Below are positions 55,248 through 62,386 of a DNA stretch of 64,000 bases, one piece after another; within the stretch, counting starts at the first letter, position 1; every line of letters starts with the position of its first letter. The notes beneath the pieces are model-generated. The model ran no database searches, had not been told where the DNA came from, and saw only the letters and a list, made by a program, of their open reading frames with translations. Both the position numbers and the translations under genes were made by a program. Source of the stretch: a virus (taxonomy: Duplodnaviria > Caudoviricetes); IMG/VR virus record IMGVR_UViG_3300014039_000028, positions 1-64,000 of that record. One strand, given 5' to 3'.

Positions 55248-57511
55248 TAGCGCACCACGGCTCCTCTCAAAAATTCATCTAAGTCACCGGATATACCGGC
55301 ATCCTCGTCTCCGAAATGTCTCTTTACGACAGCAATCGGGAACTGCTCAATTTCGCTTGCCCAACGGCAGTTTTCCGCGCCGTGGATTTCAGCCCAGCAC
55401 AGCGGAAACCCGCCTATACCGTCGAACAGTGAACCAAGCGTCGCGTCCGCCGGTAGATACTCGCTTATGCGGCGCAGCAGCCATTTCCAGAACGGGAGAG
55501 CGATGCTGTTGCCAAGGGCTTTATATTTAGGCGCATCAGATTCTTTATGTACGCGTCCTTTCTCATCTGTCCACTCACCTATGTCAACCCATCCGTCCGG
55601 GAATCCCTGAAGTCTGGTACATTCCAGCGGGGTCAGTCTACGCACTGCGCCTGACTGTCGGCATATATTGTTGAGATTGAGACTTGAGCCACCAGATTCT
55701 TTAGCTTGAAGCGTACCGTTCACATCGCCGTTCTCCGTAAAATTTCTGCAATCTACAGCAGCTGAAAGAACATAAGTTGTTGAATCCTCGCGAAACGAGT
55801 CCTTTCCTGAGGCGCGTAAGGTGTGTGCTACGAGCATATCGTTATAAGCGTCCTGCCCGTTGTAGCTTCCAGCGTGTGCTCCCGGTGAGAGTGTTCCGGT
55901 TACCTGTTGATATGTAAGTGGGACTTGATTTCCGCCAGTTCCCATCCTTGCTTGTAGGCTCGGTACAACCTCGCCGCACTCTCTTATGACATCATTCGCA
56001 TGGCTCATATCCAATATTGCAGGAACTTGATTCGTGCCGCTTGAAACCGCTGATAATGTAGGTGAGGTCTCTTCTGCATAACCTATACTGCCCGCTTTCG
56101 CACCTTGTCCAGACTTAAACGCTGCCACTATATGCTTGTCTGCCACGGTGATGGTCGGCGCAGGATCACCATCCTTGCCGATTCCAAGACCGTTCCCGCT
56201 ACCGTCGTTCTTGCGGGTATCTCCTCCGCCCTTGAATCGCGTCGCTTTGTCGTTTATTGGGATGACTACCGATTCCGCGCCGTGCTGTTGGGTGCTTGCG
56301 ACTGCTGGATAAGTGCCTGCTTCAACTGTTCCGGCAGGTCTTTCCCTCTGCTTTCCGCTCTCCGGAGTATCCCCTGACAGGCTGCACGGCTCAAATAATA
56401 TTTCGTGGGCGGTGCTTCCTCCAAAATCTGCGACAACCGAGATTCTACTGTTGGATAGTTGAACGTTCCAAGTCCGTAGAATGTCATGCCCGACCAGTTG
56501 AGCAAGGCTCTTTCCATTTGCGGATTCCTCATTCATATACCCCCTTATCACGGTTAAAACAGATTTTGCCCAGCCGAAGAAGTTCGGCGCATCGGGATTC
56601 GTCTCCATCGCACAGTTTAGATAAGCTCCAGTGACATTTAGCGTGCGCAGCAGGGTTTGGAAACAAGTGCAGATTCGACGGATCGTTATTTCGCTTGTTG
56701 CAGTCGATGTGATGAACTCGTTCTGAAGAAGTGAGTGCGCGTCCAAGGTGTTTCTCAACCACGCTCCTATGGATATATTTTCTTCTGCAATTTTCGATGA
56801 CGTACTCGTACCCTCTGTCATCTGCGCGAACAAGTCCATCTGGATTTCGCCAACTCTTGAACCCAAGTTTTCTTGCTCTTTTGGATAATTCGCTTCCATC
56901 TCGTCCAAGAAGCGTTGCCACCTCTTTATGGTCTCTTCCTTTTGAAGCGAGAATAATTTTATCCTCTTCTGGAGTCCATCTTCGGATAGCCACTTTGCGC
57001 GGCACTCCGATTTTTTCGGCGCGATGCCTAATCGCGCACACGCTTCGACCCAGTCTATCAGCAATATCTCTGTGAGGCATTGAAGCATAATGCTGTCTGA
57101 TATAATTGTCCTCTTGCTGAGTAAATAGTGGATGTTTGCCCATACTATCCCAATTCTCCTTCTTCTTTGCGGAACGCCGCAATACTGCGCATCGTGAATC
57201 TGCGGGTCTGGAATAAAGCCAATCTCAGTCATCATATCCAAGGCAGCTACAAAATCCTCTCCATTATTGCTACTCAACATTCCGGGCACATTCTCAAACA
57301 CCACAAATTTAGGGTACTTTCCTCTGGTCGATGAATACATCTCGCTGATTACCCTAACAGCTTCAATGTATAGACCAGAACGATTCCCTGCTAGTCCCAT
57401 ACGCCTCCCAGCGATACTCAAATCCTGACAAGGCGAACCAAAGGTGATGACATCTACCGGCTCTATTTCAGCGCCGTTTATCTTCGTTATATCTCCTAAA
57501 TGTCTCACCAA
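55247..57511 (-). CDS. C5-cytosine DNA methyltransferase, circularly permuted, with a long insertion
   Basis: GDIT(III), GSPCQDLS(IV), ENVPG(VI), PQRRRR(VIII), RRLTPLEC.RLQGFP(IX), LGNS(X), then SLFDGIGGF(I) and WASEI(II) at the C-terminus. Confidence 0.9.
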   Translation of the reverse strand: MVRHLGDITKINGAEIEPVDVITFGSPCQDLSIAGRRMGLAGNRSGLYIEAVRVISEMYSSTRGKYPKFVVFENVPGMLSSNNGEDFVAALDMMTEIGFIPDPQIHDAQYCGVPQRRRRIGIVWANIHYLLSKRTIISDSIMLQCLTEILLIDWVEACARLGIAPKKSECRAKWLSEDGLQKRIKLFSLQKEETIKRWQRFLDEMEANYPKEQENLGSRVGEIQMDLFAQMTEGTSTSSKIAEENISIGAWLRNTLDAHSLLQNEFITSTATSEITIRRICTCFQTLLRTLNVTGAYLNCAMETNPDAPNFFGWAKSVLTVIRGYMNEESANGKSLAQLVGHDILRTWNVQLSNSRISVVADFGGSTAHEILFEPCSLSGDTPESGKQRERPAGTVEAGTYPAVASTQQHGAESVVIPINDKATRFKGGGDTRKNDGSGNGLGIGKDGDPAPTITVADKHIVAAFKSGQGAKAGSIGYAEETSPTLSAVSSGTNQVPAILDMSHANDVIRECGEVVPSLQARMGTGGNQVPLTYQQVTGTLSPGAHAGSYNGQDAYNDMLVAHTLRASGKDSFREDSTTYVLSAAVDCRNFTENGDVNGTLQAKESGGSSLNLNNICRQSGAVRRLTPLECTRLQGFPDGWVDIGEWTDEKGRVHKESDAPKYKALGNSIALPFWKWLLRRISEYLPADATLGSLFDGIGGFPLCWAEIHGAENCRWASEIEQFPIAVVKRHFGDEDAGISGDLDEFLRGAVVR
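56266..56532 (-). CDS. nested M.EcoHK31I-beta-like peptide (alternate frame of the MTase)
   Basis: WSGMTFYG...ESRLSQILEE.PPTKYYLSRAACQGILRRAESRGKDLPEQLKQAL; ATGA-coupled to the HNH stop. Confidence 0.7.
   Translation of the reverse strand: MRNPQMERALLNWSGMTFYGLGTFNYPTVESRLSQILEEAPPTKYYLSRAACQGILRRAESRGKDLPEQLKQALIQQSQAPNSTARNR
56529..57143 (-). CDS. nested HNH endonuclease with Myb/SANT-like repeats (third frame of the MTase)
   Basis: FTQQED..I / WTPEED..I repeats; YIHRSVVEKHLGR.L...ERVHHIDCNKRNNDPSNL; RBS AAGGAG. Confidence 0.85.
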   Translation of the reverse strand: MGKHPLFTQQEDNYIRQHYASMPHRDIADRLGRSVCAIRHRAEKIGVPRKVAIRRWTPEEDKIILASKGRDHKEVATLLGRDGSELSKRARKLGFKSWRNPDGLVRADDRGYEYVIENCRRKYIHRSVVEKHLGRALTSSERVHHIDCNKRNNDPSNLHLFPNPAAHAKCHWSLSKLCDGDESRCAELLRLGKICFNRDKGVYE

Positions 57512-57659
57512 AAACCACCTCCTTCATGCCAGCGCGAGTGCGTCTGGCTCTTTGGTGCTGGGATGGTAGCACCCGTGTCAAGCGCAAACGAACCAGATGG
57601 CGCAGAACTGCGACGTTGTTTTGTGCAAGTATCACAAAATTTCAAGCTTAATGAACGTA

Positions 57660-57698
57660 GAAAAGCAGCCCTTTCAATTTGAAAAGGCTGTTTTTTTC
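57660..57698. terminator. hairpin with T-tracts on both strands at the strand switch
   Basis: AAAAGCAGCCCTTTCAA-T-TTGAAAAGGCTGTTTTTTT. Confidence 0.5.
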
Positions 57699-57796
57699 GT
57701 ATACCTATACAAATTTTGATGTTTTGGCGATTCCCAAGCGCAAAAATGCGCTTGACACGCCGTGTATCATCCTTGCACCGAAAAAGAAAGAAGCGG

Positions 57797-58009
57797 ATGC
57801 CTATGCAGGAGGCCGAGCTTAAAGCCGCGGCAGTCGGCATACTCACATATCTGGCGATTGCAAATGAGGAGACCACGCGGCACAGCGGAGAGGCGGCGGA
57901 AATTATGGAGTTTGACGCGCCATACAATCCATCCGCGTTCAAACTGGCGATGCAGTATCTCGCGCGGATGGACATGGAAGAAACGGAGGTGGAGTTATGG
58001 AAGCGGTAA
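57797..58009 (+). CDS. hypothetical protein
   Basis: 3' part of ORF 57716..58009; start uncertain. Confidence 0.4.
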   Translation: MPMQEAELKAAAVGILTYLAIANEETTRHSGEAAEIMEFDAPYNPSAFKLAMQYLARMDMEETEVELWKR

Positions 58010-58506
58010 TAATACTGCTTATCTGTACGGTTATCCCTGTAACAGTTGGTTGCGCGATGCACATCAAATTTGCGCACGAACGGTGGGTTTCTTATTTAGA
58101 GCAGAAATCAAGTTACAAACATATAACGGTCTCTCCTGAAATTTTCAAAACAATGCTTTACACCCTCTCCTATGAAATGAGCGCTTTGCCTTACGGCATA
58201 ATGTGGCATAGACCTACATCACGACGCCATGGGAGCGAGCCTATCTTGGTGTACGGTAGAAATCGGCTCGAACAAGAGCAGATGAACCTTGCTCTGACTG
58301 TATACCTCGATAAGCAAGCAAAAGCGCGGGAGAGACGCAAAGAACTCGCCAACGATGCAACTACTGATTCGTTAAAGCAAGTCCAAGACGACCTCCAACG
58401 TATCATCGACGGCAATCTCCGCGCCGCGCAGGAGGCCGCGCGGAAAAATCAAGAGATTATGGAGCGTCTATCAGTAACAACCGCTACACACGGAGGCGCA
58501 CCATGA
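57997..58506 (+). CDS. membrane-anchored coiled-coil protein
   Basis: GGAGG RBS; N-terminal TM. Confidence 0.55.
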   Translation: MEAVIILLICTVIPVTVGCAMHIKFAHERWVSYLEQKSSYKHITVSPEIFKTMLYTLSYEMSALPYGIMWHRPTSRRHGSEPILVYGRNRLEQEQMNLALTVYLDKQAKARERRKELANDATTDSLKQVQDDLQRIIDGNLRAAQEAARKNQEIMERLSVTTATHGGAP

Positions 58507-59021
58507 ACAGCCGTGAAGAGGCCGAGTGGCTTTACCTTGAGAATGAAAAACTCATTTATGGCGCTTTGTATCAATATTTCCCGGCGCTCGCGTCTGATGA
58601 GGACATTCAGCAGATCGCGGGGATCGGTCTCTGGAAAGCCTGTTTGAACTACGATGAGGATAAGTCGTGCTTCTCAACTGCCGCATACAAATTCATCAAG
58701 ACCGAAGTGCTGCAGGAACTACGAAAAAGGCGACGCCGAGGCAAAATCACAGCAATACCTTTCACTGCATTGGTGTGCGATTCGACCACCGAGGGCAGAG
58801 AAGAGCTGGATATCCTTACCATTAGTCCGAGTCTTGATGACATTGACTGGTGTGACATGGAAACGTTTTGGGCATCATTGACCGAACGCCAGCAGTTCAT
58901 CGTCAAGGCGCGTATATCTGGGCTGACTGATGAGGAAATCGCCGCCGCACTGGGTTTGTCTCGCACATTGATTATCCATGAAAAGAAAAACATTCGGCGA
59001 AAAGCCGAGGAAACATTATGA
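58503..59021 (+). CDS. sigma-70-family RNA polymerase sigma factor
   Basis: EDIQQIAGIGLWKACLNYD...FSTAAYKFIK; C-terminal LTERQQFIV...TDEEIAAALGLS. Confidence 0.8.
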   Translation: MNSREEAEWLYLENEKLIYGALYQYFPALASDEDIQQIAGIGLWKACLNYDEDKSCFSTAAYKFIKTEVLQELRKRRRRGKITAIPFTALVCDSTTEGREELDILTISPSLDDIDWCDMETFWASLTERQQFIVKARISGLTDEEIAAALGLSRTLIIHEKKNIRRKAEETL

Positions 59022-59038
59022 ATGGAGGAGGGCTAAAG

Positions 59039-59464
59039 ATGCCACTACTTAACTACACCACGAAAGTGGATGTCTATACCACGATAGGTGCTATACAGGG
59101 GCAGCTTGTAAAGCACGGAGCAAAGAAGATCATGCAGGAATATGACGATGCCGGTCGCATAACGGCTCTATCTTTCCAGATAGACACGCCCAACGGGATA
59201 CGGGGCATAAAGCTTCCGTCTAATGCAGAGGCGGTTAGGCACGTGCTCGCACGACAGAAAGTCAAATGTGATGTTGAGCAGTCTGAACGAGTTGCGTGGC
59301 GTATCATCAAAGACTGGGTAGAAGCTCAAATGGCAATTCTTGAAAGTGAGATGGTGCAGATGGATGAAATCTTTTTGCCATATATGCTCAACAGTAAAGG
59401 TCAGACAGTTTTTGAAGCATATCAGAGCCAGCAGTTATGGCTTGGAGATGGAGGAGAAAAATGA
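59039..59464 (+). CDS. hypothetical phage protein
   Basis: MPLLNYTT...RVAWRIIKDWVEAQMA. Confidence 0.65.
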   Translation: MPLLNYTTKVDVYTTIGAIQGQLVKHGAKKIMQEYDDAGRITALSFQIDTPNGIRGIKLPSNAEAVRHVLARQKVKCDVEQSERVAWRIIKDWVEAQMAILESEMVQMDEIFLPYMLNSKGQTVFEAYQSQQLWLGDGGEK

Positions 59465-60174
59465 GCAAACCAATTTATGTTCCAAAAGGAAAAGCCAAAG
59501 AATATGGCGACTATGCGATCAATATTTACACAGGATGTCCACACCGTTGCTTTTACTGCTTCGCCCCGAATGTGCTCCACCGCGACAGAGAGACTTTTCA
59601 CACAAATGTCAAGCCGAGAGAGAACATAGTCGAGGAAGTCCGAAAGCAGATCGAACGTGAACACATCACCGGACGGCTCATTCATCTATGGGTGCTTTCT
59701 CACATTAACTCCTTTATGGTGGTTATGACCCGTGATGGTTTTACCCTGCTCGTTATGGGCTACAACGGCAAACTCGCCATGAAGTTCAAGGAAGCCTATA
59801 TCAAGCAGTTCAATGCAATGGAAAGTGTTCTTCGCAAGAAAATGATAGCGCGTGAAAGAGGTCGAGCTTCCAGAGAATTTTTAACGGATTCCATACAGCA
59901 GTCCGATGAGGATGCGCGTATGCACGGGCACGCCTACTCAACCTATACCAACTGCATCTACAAGGTGCTTTTCGGGAAATCCGCGGCTCAGTTGCGGATG
60001 GACTACGGCATAGGCAGGACAGACAATCTCCGAGATTGCTTCTCGCCCGAGGATTTAGCGGCAGTGGACTCTATGGAGCATTTAGTAAGTGGTTTGGTCG
60101 CCTGTGGCTGGGAGTATGGGCGGATAAAAGACTTCATCGAGCAGACAAACACACAAAAGGCTTTAATGGCGTGA
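59461..60174 (+). pseudogene. in-frame chimera: truncated radical SAM N-terminus fused to Rha-family C-terminus
   Basis: GCPHRCFYC in the first 76 aa, then MTRDGFTLLVMGYNG..AMKFKEAYIKQFNAME. Confidence 0.7.
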
Positions 60175-60183
60175 GGAGGTCAC

Positions 60184-61143
60184 ATGACGTTTGACGAACT
60201 TAATATCATTATCCCCATATACGAGCGTGGGGAAAGCATAGTTCCCACGCTTCAAAGTCTGCTGTTGCAGACCAAAGACGATTTTTCAGTCACGTTTGTT
60301 CTCGACGGGGCGGACGCTGTTGCGGAAGATGCCATTGTCCGCCATTACATCGATCGTCCGTATAATATCTATCTCATGCCGCATAGAGGCGTTGGTGCTA
60401 CGAGGAATACAGGGCTGATAACTTCGGATTCACCTTACGTTATGTTCCTTGATGCCGACGATTTGCTGCTGCCAAACGCCGTAGGAACGATTCTGAACGC
60501 TATTGATCACGGCTTTGACATGATGGTAGGCAAGACCATGCGCGAAGCCGAGAACGGCAATTTTGAGGTCGTAGGGGGCGCACAGATGACATGGATCCAT
60601 GGACGCGTGTATTCAAGGGAGTTTCTGACGAAGTACGACATTCACTTTCCGGATCTGCCCATGTGCGAGGACTTGGCTTTCAATATGCTTTGCGCTGAGT
60701 TCGCCCAGCGCGTCCCTGAGACGCAGTGGCCGATACATATCCAAAGGTATACCCCCGGCTCACTGTCGCACGCAGAGGGTTCTTTGCGGCTCCAAGCTGA
60801 GACATACATTGAGACTTGCATATTCTACGTTGAAAGCGCAGCCAGATTCAGGTCACTGGACAAGCTCATGATACTACCCGCCGCGCTGGCCGCTTGCTAC
60901 TATTACCTCGATTCTGTGGAGCGAGAATTTCCGGGAGATACCGAGCTATATCACAAAATGTGCAAGCAGTTTTCAGACTTGATAGACATCAGCGATTTCT
61001 ATGCGCTCAACTCAATACCCGAATGGCAAAGCCGCTTTGCAATGGCTTTGGCAACTCCCGCGAGACCGTTCAAGAAAACCTATATACCGGCGCAGACATT
61101 TGAGCAGCGAATAACAAATGCGAAATTGGAGGCTTTGAAATGA
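60184..61143 (+). CDS. glycosyltransferase family 2
   Basis: IIIPIY, LDG, GVGATRNTGL, FLDADD, EDLAF; no TM segment. Confidence 0.85.
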   Translation: MTFDELNIIIPIYERGESIVPTLQSLLLQTKDDFSVTFVLDGADAVAEDAIVRHYIDRPYNIYLMPHRGVGATRNTGLITSDSPYVMFLDADDLLLPNAVGTILNAIDHGFDMMVGKTMREAENGNFEVVGGAQMTWIHGRVYSREFLTKYDIHFPDLPMCEDLAFNMLCAEFAQRVPETQWPIHIQRYTPGSLSHAEGSLRLQAETYIETCIFYVESAARFRSLDKLMILPAALAACYYYLDSVEREFPGDTELYHKMCKQFSDLIDISDFYALNSIPEWQSRFAMALATPARPFKKTYIPAQTFEQRITNAKLEALK

Positions 61144-61325
61144 AGAAACTTACGAAAGAAAGGGTACTATCCATAGAACACAGCATCCTCTTGGAGCAGA
61201 ACCTTTCCGCCACTTTTGGATTGCCGGATGCAAGCAATGCTTGGCTTGAGGCTTACATTTGCGGCGTTGTCGATATGACGCAAGCCATCATCGAAGCGCT
61301 TGAGGATGAGGAGGAAGCACAGTAA
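61140..61325 (+). CDS. small hypothetical protein
   Basis: coupled at both ends. Confidence 0.55.
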   Translation: MKKLTKERVLSIEHSILLEQNLSATFGLPDASNAWLEAYICGVVDMTQAIIEALEDEEEAQ

Positions 61326-61951
61326 TGCAAATTAAACTTTTTGAAAATGAGGAATTCGGCAAAGTCCGCACGGTCACAATTGATGGTGTCCCGTGGTTTG
61401 TCGGGGCGGATGTGGCTATAGCCTTAGGTTACATCAATCCTCGCGACGCGCTTGCGAAACACGTTGATGCAGAGGATAGGGGTGTCGCGAAATGCGACAC
61501 CCTTGGTGGCATACAAACCTTATCCATCATCAACGAGAGCGGCACATACAGTCTGATTATGTCCAGTAAATTGCCCTCCGCAAAGCGCTTTAAGCGGTGG
61601 GTTACGAGCGAAGTCCTCCCAGCACTCCGAAAGGGAGCTGGGCTTGAGGCCATTGAAGCCCTCAAGATGCTTTCGCGTGAGAATCAGAAGCGGGGCAATG
61701 CAGCCCTTTACGCCGCAATCCCGGATATTGATCGAGCCACATACTGCAAGGCCGCTTCCATAACCGGAAAAGAGATTGCCAACCGAATGGGGCTGGATAA
61801 GCGGATCCCAAAGGCCGACGTGCCACCTGAGTTTCTGCCTGAATACGATTCTGTGTTCTCCGATGTAACTCACCTCATGGTTCTCAACGAACGATATGGG
61901 CTTGGACTATCGGTAAGCCATGCGATCCATCAAAAGAGCAATGCAGTCTAA
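61325..61951 (+). CDS. BRO-N family protein
   Basis: FENEEFGKVRTV, WFVGADVA.ALGY, INESG.YSLI.SSKLPSAKRFKRWVTSEVLP. Confidence 0.9.
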   Translation: MQIKLFENEEFGKVRTVTIDGVPWFVGADVAIALGYINPRDALAKHVDAEDRGVAKCDTLGGIQTLSIINESGTYSLIMSSKLPSAKRFKRWVTSEVLPALRKGAGLEAIEALKMLSRENQKRGNAALYAAIPDIDRATYCKAASITGKEIANRMGLDKRIPKADVPPEFLPEYDSVFSDVTHLMVLNERYGLGLSVSHAIHQKSNAV

Positions 61952-61973
61952 ACAAAAGCTTCGCCCGAAGTCT

Positions 61974-62096
61974 TGCCACAAATATAATCCTTGTGTATTA
62001 TAAGAGTGTCATATACGTGGGTGATGTTCAACTCCATATAATGTTACCTCCTTCTCAAACGAAAGCACCGCTTTGACCGGCGGTGCTTTTGTTATT
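61974..62096 (+). ncRNA. putative small RNA with promoter and terminator
   Basis: TTGCCA-17-TATTAT; terminator AAAGCACCGC...GCGGTGCTTTT. Confidence 0.4.
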
Positions 62097-62127
62097 TTTG
62101 AACTTCTCGAAAAAGTTACCGATTCAA

Positions 62128-62386
62128 AAGTGTGGACATGTCCACACTTGATGCAGTAAAATGCGGTTTTTTGCTTAGTGGAACTGGAAATTGCATTTTT
62201 CAAAAGTTAAGAAAAAAGCCCCAAAACCTTAGTTTTTTCAAGGTTTTGAGGCTTTTTCTTTGGAGCTGGTAATGTGACTCGAACACACGACCTGCTGATT
62301 ACGAAGCAGTGTTCTATGAATCTATAACCGCCTCGTGCCAATGGTTTCCCGAACTGGAAATTATTTTGTCCACGTTTTTGTCCACA
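62128..62386. mobile_element. attP-like site: core plus flanking arm-type repeats
   Basis: TGTCCAC motifs at 62128-62149 (22-bp palindrome) and 62364-62386 (two direct copies) bracket the tRNA fragment. Confidence 0.7.
62261..62305 (-). tRNA. 3' half of tRNA-Thr(CGT), att core; not a complete tRNA
   Basis: TTCGTAATCAGCAGGTCGTGTGTTCGAGTCACATTACCAGCTCCA: anticodon loop, T arm, CCA. Confidence 0.8.

Noticed and set aside
56470-57150. Intein or group I intron in the MTase
   Set aside because: The MTase-frame insert lacks intein C/S start and HN end, the endonuclease is in a different frame, and I could not identify intron core elements. Splicing is not excluded without RNA data.
57505-58077. 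190-aa minus-strand ORF upstream of the MTase
   Set aside because: Crosses a hairpin and overlaps plus-strand genes; no RBS or motifs.
57700-62000. Site-specific invertible segment explaining the plus-strand block
   Set aside because: No inverted repeats found at the two boundaries.
62261-62305. Functional tRNA gene
   Set aside because: The 5' half (acceptor, D arm, 5' anticodon stem) is absent; it is an att core.
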